Source: Octopus vulgaris (Eukaryota). From it: DNA of 64,000 nucleotides. Below are positions 24,440 through 37,653 of this stretch, piece by piece. Numbering within the stretch: the first letter of the stretch is position 1; every line of letters starts with the position of its first letter. The notes under the pieces are model-generated. The model saw only the letters and a program-made list of their open reading frames with translations, had not been told where the DNA came from and did no database searches. The position numbers were made by a program, and so were the translations under genes. The DNA lies in contig OX597833.1 of the NCBI GenBank assembly GCA_951406725.2, forward strand, positions 38,936,001-39,000,000. Direction: 5' to 3'.

Positions 24440-27040
24440 AGTTTAATTATGCTTCCCACAGGACCACGCAACCCAAGATCTTGCTTGGATGAGAATCTTT
24501 CTTGTACCTTTTCCTATTAAGATCCCTCCCATGCTGTTGTTCATAATCTGCCCTTACTTTATATCAAGGAATTTTTGGATATTTCTTGCTGATTCAAGCA
24601 AACAATGGAGACCAAGCTTTCCAAGGTTTACTCTGAAATTCTTTATCATTCTTTATCACAGTTTCCATAGCTCCCAATAATAATTGGTCAGATCATGACA
24701 CTGGCATCTTCTTTATTCCGCATTTGAGAATTTCATGCTTAAAATCAGTGTAAAATTTTACTTTCTTCTTCTTTCTTCATCTCATATCAAATGGCATGCC
24801 ATATTAATTACAAGACATTTTCTTCTTATCAATGACTACAATATCAAGCTCACTGTGGTCTATTGTTCTTTCAGTTTGCAAAGAAAAAAATCCCATAACA
24901 GCCCCATTTCCTCATTTTCAAGGACTTTCATATTTGTTCCTAGTGAATGATTATTGCTCTTTTCTGTACATGCAAAGCTAAGCCTCCTGTCAAATTTCCA
25001 GTGAATTATTACAGCAATTCTCTCGTGTCTATTCTTTTTGCATTTATTTTGCATAAACTGTGTTTTCTGATGTGATGTGAACTATAGGTGCAAGTGTGGC
25101 AGTGTGGTAAGAAGCTTGCTTCCCAACCACATGGTTCAGGTTTCAGTCCCTCAGTTTAACGCAAAATTTCATGTTTACTCTTTATTCCTATCCATTATAA
25201 AATTTTAAACTACAGCATATGCATGATAAAAAAACCCCACAAATTTCACAACTTGCAAAGTAAACACAATGATATCACTCAGTACACTGCTTCATGAAGG
25301 TCACTGCTAGCTCTCACTGTACACACAATCATGTGCTGCCATCTGTTGGTGCTCTACAGAACTAGTCTGGAAATATTTTGATACCACCTTGTAGCTTTGA
25401 AGTTTTGACATTGTCATAGTATATTTTTAAAAGAACATTGCAGAATAGGTGTGGAAGTTCAGGTTTGGCTGGTTCGAACAAAAAACAGGTACAATATTTG
25501 AGCCAGATATGGCCAGTTTAAATGCCGAAGGGTTAAGGAAAAAATGTCCCCTTCTTAAAAAGATAGAATCCTAAACTTGTTTCCTATAATTTTGCAATAT
25601 CTTGAATATTCATTAACTCACTTCTCCCTCCTTTTTGTTCCATATATAGATACATATGTACATTGTGAGTCACTTCCTCATCTTCTTGCTGATATCTTTT
25701 GACTCCTCATCGTTTCTCCACACTATGATATCTGCCTCATACCATCTTGGTGATACTGTTCATAAGCAGATATTGTTTATAGAATATTTCTTACATGCAA
25801 TTTGGATTTAAGAATCTTGGCTGTATTTAAGAAGCCTGCTTCCCAACCATATGGTCTCCAATTCAGTTCCATTGTGTAGGACCTTAGGCAAGTGCCTTCG
25901 ATTATAGCCCTTGGTCAGTCAAAGATTTGTAAATGTATTTGGTATATAGCAACTGCAAGAAGCCTGTTTGTATCTATATCTATATATCATCAAAGAATTA
26001 ATAAATCAGAAAACAATGCACTTGTATATTTGACATTTGCCATATTTCATTCCATAACTTTCATTTCTGAAGAATGCAGTGTTACATAACCGAACTGTTA
26101 CCTAACACTCTGTTGAACCTCTAGTGTGAAACTGATTAGTAAGATCAGCCATAATGGATATACAGGGCGTCCTCAAAAGATTGACATAATTTCATGGTCT
26201 AATAACATAGTCAATTCTCAAATGATCTCAAACTTTAACAAAATATGTAAAAACTAATTTTTTTCCTTTCTTTTCAGGTTGAAGAACGACATTCACTAGA
26301 AATGAAAAGGCGTTTTGTGTGCTAGAATATGCTTGAACACAGTCAAACAAGAATGTGCAGCATGCATTTTCAAGAAAATTCAATAAAAACACATTTCTCA
26401 ATACCAAATCATATCCTAATGTGACTACAAAATATTTATAAAATTTGCACTAAAGGATCTAGTTGATTCTAGTCTTTGGCGTAAAGCTTTTAAAATCATC
26501 CATGACCAGATGATTGACTTTACTTCTATTCCTTCCCTGAGAATATCTGTTATGGACTTCATTTAGAATGAAGAGATTAGTGCTATTACAATCAAAATAA
26601 AAGAGAGGATCTCCTCTTGAAAAATGACTCTTCTTATCTATACATCTTTCAGATGGTAACTGCAGTCTTTCATGTTGCAGTGCATAATCTAACATTTTCT
26701 GAGATCTTAAACAATGTTAGACAATACTTAATATATTAGTATGGAACTAGATTATATGCCTTTTTAAATCAGTGTTATTCACAAATTTGTCATTTTCTTT
26801 TCCCAGTTCATCAAGGCCATCTTTGGTCTTTCATTTCCCTGCTCATTTTTTTCTCTTTTCATAGCATTTCCGTTTATCAAACATTAAGTGTTTTAGGTAC
26901 ATATGTTGGTACATCCCTTGGTAAGTGAAAAATATGAAATTGTATGGTCATTTGAAACAGCATTTCCTATTAATTTGTCCTTGATATAAGACAAGTTTTT
27001 CCCATTAGTTAACTGCAATGATACAATGCCTTTGATATAC
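24440..27040 (-). mobile_element. Highly decayed R4/Dong-like non-LTR retrotransposon (RT plus REL), interrupted by SINE and DNA-transposon pieces
   Basis: LTNGKTCLI..GNAVSN, KKAYNLVP, RGDPL, KVNHLVMDDFK, RHERIAVIIHW, VLENEEMGLLWDF, LDIVVIDKKK, PIIIGA; 3' end abuts a (TAG)n/(TGG)n tract. Confidence 0.75.
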
Positions 27041-27046
27041 AACCAG

Positions 27047-27450
27047 GGTTGATCAATCTAGTTGCCCCAAGGACAACCTACAATCATAGTTGATCAATCA
27101 AGTTGTCCCATTGTCTACCTTTGATCAAAGTTGACTAATCTAATTCTTCCATTTATCATCTAGTCATAGTTAACCAGTCAAGTTGTTCCATTGACTATTC
27201 ACAATAATATTTCATCAATCTATTGTTCCACCAACTACCTAATCACAGTTAACCAATCAAATTATCTCATTGGCTATCTACAGTCATACTTCACCAGTCA
27301 CACTGTCCTACTGATTACCTACAATCCTAGTTGTTCAATCTAGCTGTCCTGTTTGTCTACAATTATAGTTGACCAATCAAATTGCCCTACTGCCTTCCTA
27401 ATCATAGTTGACCAACCTAGTTATCTTTCTGACTACCTACAATCATTGTT
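27047..27450. repeat. Degenerate minisatellite, 38-41 bp x ~10
   Basis: Consensus AGTTGACCAATCAAGTTGTCCCATTGACTACCTACAATCAT. Confidence 0.85.
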
Positions 27451-28669
27451 AGATAGTTTTGGTTGTCTCACTAAGTATCTATCATAAAGATTGTCAAAGG
27501 ATTAGCTTGACTAGGGAGTCACTAAGCACAAAAACACTTTTGTTACTGCTACAGTTGCTACTACTACTACTAACAGCACAACTGTTATTACTAATACTAT
27601 TGCTGATACTGTGAAGTTTCAGTGACCACCGGCACCACCACCACTACCACCACCGTCACTGCCACCACCACCACCACCGCCGCCACAATACCCCCACCCC
27701 ATCACTCCACAGTCATCATCGTTACCTCTATAACCAATGCTTGCTGCTAGATCCCATGTATTTCTTTGTTCTGTCGCTTCAATTCATGTAGTAGTGTTCA
27801 TTATTGATGTTGGTTCTTAAAAGAAACACTTCAATAATCCGCATCCCTACCCCTGCCCACCAACTATTGTTTCGAGACTCTCTTCATGTAAGTATGAAGT
27901 GTAGCTATCAGTTTTTTAATCAATCTAATCAATAGGCCAGATCAAATTCTCAGGTAAACCCTTCAGTTTCGATTATTTATCATTTATTTTCTACATGTAT
28001 ATTGTTAGGTTCACTTTTATCATTTAAGACCACCATTTTTTTTGTATTATATTCATTATTATTTACTTTTATTATCATTATCATTATTATTATAAAGGTG
28101 GTAAGCTGGCAAAATCATTAACACACCGGACAAAGTACTTAGTGGCATTTTGTCTGTCTTTACATTCTGAGTTCAAATTCTGCTGAGGTCGAGTTTGCCT
28201 TTCATCCTTCCTGGGTGGATAAAATAAGTACCAGTTGAGTACTAGGATCAATATATTTGACTCATCCTCTCCCACAAAACTGCAGGCCTTGTGCCAAAAT
28301 TATTATTATTCAGTGATGGAGCAGTGCCTGCCATCAAAGTGACACTGGGTTAAAATATATGAAGCCATGATGACTACTCATCTGATAAGGGCACACTTGG
28401 CACATGCATCACAACCATATGTGTGTGACATGGTGATCTCATGTCAAGATAAACAGCACATGACCTTGCATGTGGGGCCCAGTTAGAATTTCTTCTGGTC
28501 GAGTAACCCATCCCGCTCAAAAGGTCCCTGAATAAGGGTTGTTTAAGGATGTTGAACAAAATACCCATGTTTCCAGAGGTGAATTATTCAAACCCCAAAG
28601 AATTCCTTTCGATTCATGGCTGATGAGTCTTCATCTGCCTTAAAGACAGTTGCACTAAAATGTTCCAAT

Positions 28670-29150
28670 CTCTAATTGTGGAGGGAACATGTGGATGGGA
28701 TAGATCCAGGAAGACGTGGGACAAAGTAGTGAGAAAGGATCTTCAGATGTTGGACTTCACTGAGGGGATGAAAGGGGACTGAGACTCCTGGTAATTTGCT
28801 GTGCTTGAGAAGACATGTCAAGCTAAGTAAAATCATGGCTGCCCTTGCTTTACGGTATGTCCCCTTCATCCCTATCCAGCTGAATGTTCCTAATTTTGTG
28901 GGCTTGTGGGTACTGGTGTCATGTAAAAAAATACCCATACCAGTGCCACATAAATGCACCTATGCTGGTGCTGCATAAAAACACCCAATACACTCTGTAA
29001 AGTGGCTGGTGTTAGGAAGGGCATCCAGTTGTAGAAACCCTGCCAAAAAAGACGTGGTGCCTGGGCAGCCCTTCAGCTGGTTGCTCCTGTCAAACCGTCC
29101 AACTCATGCCAGCATGGAAAGCAGACATTAAGTGATGATGATGATGATAA
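28670..29150 (+). mobile_element. RTE LINE 3' end fragment
   Basis: GRSRKTWDKVVRKDLQMLDFTE..D*DSW, then 3' UTR and (GAT)n. Confidence 0.7.
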
Positions 29151-29452
29151 TGGTTGTTACATGAATATTGATTTCTAACATAGGCACAAGGCCAGATATT
29201 TCTGAAAGATTTTATCAACTCCAGTATTTGACAGTTATTTTATTTGACAAAATTCTGGGAAGATGAAAGGAAAAATTGACTTTCATTGATTTTCAGTGTG
29301 ATTTGAATACAGAATGCAAAAGATTTTCCACAAACTTTGACATTATTACTATGTGAACATCATTATTACAATTATAACAAGAGTCGTGGATAAGGAAAAT
29401 ATTTAAGATCTGGACAAAATGCCTTGTAGTATTTAGTTTTGGCCAGAGAGAA

Positions 29453-29522
<70 letters not shown>

Positions 29523-30185
29523 ATGGAGGGAGGGAAACAGAGACTGACAGAAAGAAAGAGAAAAGGAGAAAGAAAGAGTAAATCCTAGAGAAAAAGGGAG
29601 AAAGAGAGAGAGAGTTACAAACTGAAAATGGTTGACAGAAAGAACAGGATGTTGTACAATGACAGCTACGATCAATGAAATCAACTATATTCTGAGTTCA
29701 AATCCTGCTGCAGTTGATGAACCTTTATTGTCCTGTGAACAATAAAACAATTCCACAAAATAAATTAAGTACCAGTCATGTACTGGGATTGATTGAAATA
29801 CCAACGAATAATTGTGCTTGGTAAAAATACAAAATAAACCCTTCTTGTCTTTATTTTTACTGCTAGTTGTAGTAGCGGTGGTGATGATGGTGGTGGTGGT
29901 GTGGTGGTGATGGCAGTGGTGGTGGTGGTGGTGATGGCAGTGGTGGTGGTAGTGGTAATAGCAACAGCAGCTGCTGTAGAGGGAAAGGGGTGTTTTTGTT
30001 GTAATAATTGATGTTGTTGCAGCTGCATGTTCATTTATATGCGCATATATGCACACAGACAAATGGGTACGCCCAAACAAGTTCAGAGATATACAGCATA
30101 TGTACATATATACGTACACACATACATATATTTATGAGTGCATGTGTGTGCGTGTATACCTTCATACACACACACATGTATCATG

Positions 30186-30248
<63 letters not shown>

Positions 30249-30865
30249 TTTATAAAAATACATTTTATTTGTTATTTATGTTTTGGTTTATGTCTATCAT
30301 TGGTTGAATTGCATAATAGTGGTTTTATCTCTAATTTATATTTTATATATTTATATTGTGAAATTTGATTTAATACTAAATTGAATTTTTCCCTGTAAGT
30401 TTTATATTAAACTGAAGCATTACTCAATGCCATTTGTAGAGTAGATGAGTACATGTACTTCTACAAAAATATTACATATCGACTCTGTAGTCCCTGATGG
30501 TAATTATTTGATCTTAACATATTGGGCTTCTAGACTATTTGTGTAAGCCATGTTTTCTTTCCTTTTCCTTCTTCCTTTTGTTTACATTGTATGCTTTTGT
30601 TTTTCACTCTGATGAAGATCCGTTGCCTTATTTTAGATACCCTATGAAGATAAGGAACTTTATTCTCCCAATTATTTATAGACTGCATTTTGGCAACCTG
30701 ATCAGTAACGGCCATAAGAAGATATGTTAATTCACCTATTTTGTTATGTCATTCTTTGTATTATAAAATAAGTTATAAATGTGGTCCAATCGATGAGTTG
30801 GTTAATCTGTGGTTTTCTCCATTTTCTAATTATTTGCGTTTATATATATATATATATATGTATAT

Positions 30866-31855
30866 ACACGAGCAAAATGCACCCCGCCCAATGGACGGTG
30901 CTGAGTCGTGAAACGTTTAAACCAAATTTTCTCAAAACAACTTGTCCGACCATCCCATTGACACCCCCTTTGAGAAACACTGATTTAACTTAAATTTGAG
31001 ACACCAGCAAAAGATGGATTTCGACTGATGTACTTACGTGTACAAATGCACGTTCCCACGACTTTATTGATCACATTCTCACCTGGAATCGATTTTTGTA
31101 ATTTTTTTCAAGACTTATACACGCCCTGATACTGTCGGTATCTACATATCAAATTTGAGTGCAATCGGACGGAGGATGCCTGAGATCCTAGAAGACGCAC
31201 ACACAGACAGACAGAACGGACTTTATATAATAGATATACATATACTAGCTGCTAAGCCTGGTTTCACCTGGTCGGTTTGGATGATGTGGCTGTAAAACCT
31301 GCTCTGAGCAAGCATTCAACTTGTTTGGGCACGCTTATGTTAAAAAAAAATTTTAGAATGACTTTTTTTTCTGTCAAAACGCTAAAAATAACTGACCAAC
31401 AAAAAGAAACTAACCAAGATTCAACCAAATCAAAAAATAAACCCAAATACTAAGTGAACAAAGATGAACCATCCCACTTCAATTGCGTGCCCACACGCAC
31501 ACACACACACACAAGCATACACACACACACATTCACATACCCACCTTTTACATACACACACACATATATTCACACAGAGATGAAACGCGGTTTGATTTAT
31601 TTTTTCATTGTAAAATTTTCATCATCCCACTACCAAGTATGACATCACCCCTTCCTTCCTTATTCATCAATCACATCTTCCTTTCTCATTCACAAACACA
31701 AGAGTATTATTATACTAGATTATCTCGGTAACCATAGGAGCTATGAAAAAAATACAAAGCCGAGTATCACCACCTGATCATTCTACACATGTGTAATTTT
31801 TCGCGAAATTCCACCCAGCCATAAATGAATTGACACAAAATACATGAGAAGATAA
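30866..31855 (+). mobile_element. Two adjacent Helentron-associated (HINE/DINE-like) non-autonomous elements
   Basis: ACAGACAGAC..TTTATATAATAGAT 3' end at ~31234; ATACTAGC..CCTGGTTTCACCTGG 5' end at ~31244. Confidence 0.5.
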
Positions 31856-31883
31856 TAGAGAAGAAAATCTTTTTTAATATTTA

Positions 31884-32170
31884 CCTTAGAAAGGGTATTA
31901 AAGAAATGAGATTGGTTGAATTTATGATCAAAGAATTGGGTTTTCGTCTTACTGAGACAGACAGTGATTTCATGTTTCTCATTTTGTATAGTTTGAGGTA
32001 CCTGCCTCAGTGTGTAAGGGTTGATACGGGTGGAAGTAAGGAAGAAACATCGGACAATCTAAATGAACTAAAGTTTATGGATGAAAGTAACTTGAAAAAG
32101 CTTGCAAACAAGTTTGCGTGTGCGCGTTTGTGAGAGAAAGAAAGAGAAAGAGAGAAAGATAGATAGATAG

Positions 32171-32200
<30 letters not shown>
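31884..32200 (-). other. Candidate first exon of a minus-strand transcript
   Basis: Unique sequence after (CT)n; AAAATG opens MRNMKSLSVSVRRKPNSLIINSTNLISLIPFL, ending at an AAG|GTAAAT donor. Confidence 0.3.
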
Positions 32201-32209
<9 letters not shown>

Positions 32210-32211
<2 letters not shown>

Positions 32212-32690
32212 TTGTACAATAACATTCTTAGTCACAAACACATTGTACACTTATAACCAAAGCTGTGTTGCTAAATTGCGTTTGCAGCTATAGTGATTGC
32301 ATGAAAATTATCGAACAATTAATGGAGCTACTACTTTACTTTATTAGAGCCTAGCTTAAAAGCTGCACTCTGCGGACTTTTAAGCTGGCTCCTATGGAGG
32401 ACTAATTGAGCCGACTACAAACAGCAGATTAGCTTAACTATAATATAAGTATAATGATTATAAGCCCCGTTAATGTTTGAACAGATGTTTAGGATGGATG
32501 AGAATTAATCCATCTTTCTATTGTTTCAGTCCCAAGTTGAATTCCAACTGTTGGCCATTTTGTCCCAAAGTTCTTGTCGGGACGTAAAATTAATGAAGCG
32601 AACGTCATTTATCTCCTCCCTTCATTTCTGACGTCATCTGACGAACGCCAAGACGGCGTGAATTTGCCAAGTTTTACCTGCAAGAAATAG
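32210..32690. promoter_or_regulatory. Putative regulatory region
   Basis: Repeat-free; full CRE TGACGTCA at ~32628-32635, several TAAT cores, 45-nt hairpin at 32347-32391. Confidence 0.3.
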
Positions 32691-33444
32691 TTTTTGAATC
32701 CCAATACTGGATGTCAAGAACCAAATGAAGGGCAGAGCTTCAATCCAGAGGTCATTCTCATTCCAAAAAGGTATAATGTTTATATAGAGCAAATGAAGAG
32801 TTAGATATGGGGATGGCAGACAGACAGAATTTACTGTTTAGTATAAACAAAATATCAAGAAAATATTATCAAACATTTTAAGAGCAGCAAACTTGTTTTA
32901 CTTAAACACTTACCAAATTTATAACCCTACTCTCTTCATCTACCCATGGACTGAATGTTGAGTAACCATTAATCGTGTTCATAAGGCAATGAACAGCAGA
33001 AAGGTTAGCACGCCAGCGGCATTTCGTCCACGTTTGCAATCTCGGTTCAAATTTCACGAGGTCGATGGTTCCCTTGATTCTTTTGTTGTTGATAAAATAA
33101 GTTCCAGTCAAGCTTTGGGTTCAAAATGTTCAACTATTCATTCCACCAAATTTCAAGCCCTGCTCCTATAGCAGAAATGAATATTTCATGTACGATTTTT
33201 ATTTACCGATCTTTACTATCATATCCCCTTACAGTTACACGATTGTTTATAATGAAATATTCTGTGTGAATATATCGAGAGTGAACTATCGTTTGTGGTT
33301 GGAACCTCCAGGTTTCCTGTCCTGAAATTGCCTGGCTAAGAGTTCATACAGTTGGAGGAACAATACCGGACACCTTGTAACTATGTTATGGTACCAACCA
33401 GCATGTTACAGAGGGTGTTTAAGAACTCAAAGGTACATAAAACA

Positions 33445-33796
33445 GCTGACCCTCACAACTGTGTCCCGACCATTGTTTCCTGATAACCTCCAGAAAAATA
33501 GTTGTATTTCCAAAGAAATTTTCTACAAATATCTCTCTAATTGCGTAGATTATGATTATATCGGAATTTAATGTGGAAAAAAAAAAAAAAAAATTCACGG
33601 AAATTCTGGAAATAAATTGGGATGTGTGTCAGTATATATGTGTGCGCGCCTTCTATTTTCTCCACATTAAATTCTGATATAGTCGTAATGTATGCTATCT
33701 GAGAGGTATTTGTAGAATATTTCCTTCAAAGATATCTATTTTTTCTGAAAGTTATGAGGAAACAATTGTGTGGAGGGCACACTTGTGAGGGTCCGC
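33445..33796. repeat. Old diverged inverted repeat, ~135-bp arms
   Basis: 33445-33581 versus 33656-33796 (ACCCTCACAA..GAATTTAATGTGGA / TCCACATTAAATTC..TTGTGAGGGT). Confidence 0.8.
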
Positions 33797-34104
33797 TCAA
33801 AATATCCCTACAAACACCAAAAACAAGGTGAAAATTACTCTGACTTCACTCTAGTCTTCAGATGTCCGGATGCGTCCCCCGGCGCACACATTCCCTAGCC
33901 CCTAATCACCACGAAAGGTTGAAAGAGACTGAATATTATTTGGAACGAATGTCTTGGAGAAGACGTTTCTGTTATTATGACGTCATAATGACAATATGAA
34001 GGAAAACGGAAATCTCTGGACTAGACGAGAAATTCTTGAATGAATTTCGTACGTAGACGCGCACGCACACAATAGCACACAGATGTATATACACAAACAA
34101 ATAT

Positions 34105-34870
34105 TTTTTTTCCTTAGTGAAAATTCCAGGGATAGGGGGCTCCCCCTTCGCTCCTCCTTTTCCGAACCAAAATAAGGGATTTGCAGCATATTAGGGGTTC
34201 AGGGTACATGATTTCACAGAAAAAATCCGAATTTTTTTTTCCTCAGTGAAAATTTGCTTCGTCTCCCCCGTTTTCTGAACCAAAATATGGGATTTGCAGC
34301 ATATTAGGAGGTCAAAGTACTTGATTCCACACAAAAAAATCCGAATTTTTTTCCTCAGTGAAAATTCGGGAGGTGGGGGGGGGGCTTCGCCACCCCCTTT
34401 TCCGAACCAAAATATGGGATTTGCAGCATATTAGGAGGTCAAAGTACTTGATTCCACACAAAAAAATCCGAATTTTTTTCCTCAGTGAAAATTCGGGAGG
34501 TGGGGGGGGGGGGGCGCTTCGCCACCCCCTTTTCCGAACCAAAATATGGGATTTGCAGCATATTAGGGGGTCAGGGTACATGATTTCACAGAAAAAATCC
34601 GAATTTTTTTTTCCTCAGTGAAAATTTGCTTCGTCTCCCCCGTTTTCTGAACCAAAATATGGGATTTGCAGCATATTAGGAGGTCAAAGTACTTGATTCC
34701 ACACAAAAAAATCCGAATTTTTTTCCTCAGTGAAAATTCGGGAGGGGGGGGGGCGCTTCGCCACCCCCTTTTCCGAACCAAAATATGGGATTTGCAGCAT
34801 ATTAGGAAGTCGGGTACTTGATCCCATGCAAAAAATCCGAATTTGTTTTTTTTTTTTTGATGAAAATCGA
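34105..34870. repeat. Young ~112-133 bp tandem repeat with A/B unit types
   Basis: GAACCAAAATA(T/A)GGGATTTGCAGCATATTAGG occurs six times; unit order A-B-B-A-B-partial. Confidence 0.9.
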
Positions 34871-35127
34871 GCGGGTGTTAATCTGAAAATTTGCCCAAAT
34901 ATTTACATATATAATGTAAGCATTTACATTAATGTGTTCGTGTTTGCATGTGTTTGTGTCTATGTGTACGTGTGTTTCATGTACTTTTGTGCGTGTGCAT
35001 ACCTATCAATATATACTAATATAAATGTGACGAACTGGCAGGATCTTTAGCACGACAGGCAAAATATTTAGCGGCATATCGTCCTTCTTCGTGTTCTGAG
35101 TTAAAATTCTGCCGGATTCGACTTTTT

Positions 35128-36054
35128 GGCATAGTTTCGGTTGTAGTAGCACAGATTTCCGTCGATTTCCGTAAAAAACTTTTATTTTTTTACATAAGTA
35201 ATGAGAGCGAAAGAGACTAAGAGGAAGCGATTTTACGACGAGAAGGTTTCACTTTGAAGTCGGCCTGTGTGTGTTTGATGGGGTGTGGGAGACAGACAGT
35301 ATGTTGTGTAAGTGAAGTGCTTCTGTTAGTGTGTGCGAAGAGACAGACATACATATACACATACACCGAGTAAAAAATTACGATGAATCGGCCATACATA
35401 CATACATACACACACACACATACATAGATACATACACACACACACATACATACATACATACACACACACATACTTACACACACACACGCACACATAGATA
35501 CATACACACACACACATACATGCAGACATACATATACACATACACCGAGTAAAAAATTACACTGAATCGACCATACATACATACACACATACATACATAC
35601 ACATACACACATACATAGATACATACACACACATACATACATGCAGACATACATATACACATACACCGAGTAAAAAATTACGATGAATCGGCCATACATA
35701 CATACATACACACACACATACTTACACACACACACATACATAGATACATACACACACACACACATACATGCATACATACATATACACATACACCAAGTAA
35801 AAAATCAGTTATCTCTCTCTTTCACACATTACTCTCTCTGTCTCTTCGCACACACTAACAAGCACTTCACTTACACAACATACTGTCTGTCTCCCACACC
35901 CCATCAAACACACACAGGCCGATTTCAAAGAGAAACCTTCTCGTCATAAAATCGCTTCCTCTTAGTCTCTTTCGCTCTCATTACTTATGTAAAAAAATAA
36001 AAGTTTTTTACGGAAATCGACGGAAATCTGTGCTACGACATGCGAAACTTCGCC
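35128..36054. mobile_element. Merlin-like non-autonomous DNA transposon with ~220-bp TIRs, inserted in a SINE
   Basis: GGC...GCC termini; perfect 8-bp TSD GACTTTTT at 35120-35127 and 36055-36062; arms 35128-35347 and 35837-36054. Confidence 0.85.
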
Positions 36055-37420
36055 GACTTTTTTTTTATCTTTCGGGGTTGATGAAATGAAGTGCTATCTG
36101 AGCACTGAGATCTATGTAATGGACCTACCCACTCCCTCGAAACTGCTGGCCTTGTGCTAAAATTTGAAATGAATATTTACTTGTATAATGGCGGTGAGCT
36201 GGCAGGATGGCACGCACACACACGCACTCACACAAACACACACACACACAGGTACATGCATTTACGCATACACACAAACACGCAGGCGCACATGCATACA
36301 CACAGGCACACAATCCGACGTACACACGAACAGACATATACACGTGCATGTATGTATTTATGAAAGCATGTATAATTGTGAAATCAACTTTAAAATCATT
36401 TGCATATGGTTACTGTATATACCCAGCGTTACAAGACTCCATCATTACTTTATACATACATACGTTCATTCATACGTATGTATGTATGTATGTATGTATG
36501 TATGTATGTATGTATGTATGTTTGTATGTACGTACATACATACACACGTACATACATATGTACATACGTACATACATACGTACGTACCTACATACATGCG
36601 TACGTACATACGTGCGTACGTACGTACACACACATACACACATACAAGCATACATACATCATACATACATGCATACATACATACCTACATTAGACTGTAG
36701 GATGTTTTTTTCTGTGAGATTGGTAAAAGTACATCCTTAACATAGCTAGGATCACATTCCAATGACTTTCATGTCTCCTGAGGCCTGGAAGATACTCTAC
36801 GTTCTAACAATTATCATTACTCAACAATGGCAGTTTCCAAAATATTCTTGCACCACAGACTAATTTCATGCAAGATAATTTTTCCCCACACCGTTGGATT
36901 ACATGCATAAGAGAACGCAGTCAAGTGCATAATTTAATTATTACATTTGTAACACATCATTTACATCTGTAAAAGACACTCTACAGATTGCCATATTCTT
37001 TTACTTGTTTCAGTTATGTGACTGTGGCTATGCAGGAGCACCATGTTTTAGTTGAACACATTGACCCCAGGACTTATTTCTTAAGCCTGGTCCCTATTCT
37101 ATTAGTCTCTTTATCTAAGTTACAGGGACATAAATACACCAGCACCGGTTGCCAAGTAGACACAAAGACACACAGTCATAGATATATATATATACATATA
37201 TATATAGGGCGGGTTTCCTTCCTTCTACCAAATCCGTTCAGAAGGCTTTAGTTGGCCCACTGCTATAATAGAAGACACCTACCCAAGGTGCTATGCAGTG
37301 TGATTGAACTCAGACCCATGTGTATTGGGAAGCAAGTTTCTTACTACACAGCCATGCCTTTGTCAATAAATTAGAAATGTAATTTAAAAGTTTATCCTTT
37401 CTGTACAACCTTGTATCTCA

Positions 37421-37653
37421 TTATTTCTTTACTACCCACAAGGGGCTAAACACAGAGAGGACAAACAAGGACAGACAAATGGATTAAGTCGATTACATCG
37501 ACCCCAGTGCGAAACTGGTACTTAATTTATCGACCCTGAAAGGATGAAAGGCAAAGTCGACCTCGGCGGAATTTGAACTCAGAACGTAATGGCAGACGAA
37601 ATACGGTTACACATTTCGTCCAGCGTGCTAACGGTTCTGCCAGCTCGCCGCCT
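37421..37653 (-). mobile_element. Full-length family A SINE (representative of >15 copies in the window)
   Basis: AGGCGGCGAGCTGGCAG head, A/B boxes, Nin-like core, AAAGAAATA tail. Confidence 0.9.

Noticed and set aside
27047-27450. CRISPR-like periodicity (also 34105-34870)
   Set aside because: Units are homologous throughout, with no unique spacers, no cas genes and a eukaryotic context.
32638-32665. CTGACGA-ACGCC-aagac-GGCGT-GAAT hammerhead-like core
   Set aside because: GAAA is GAAT, and no convincing stem I or stem III partner is present.
37421-37653. tRNA gene
   Set aside because: A and B boxes belong to a SINE head and no cloverleaf is present; the same holds for the other copies.
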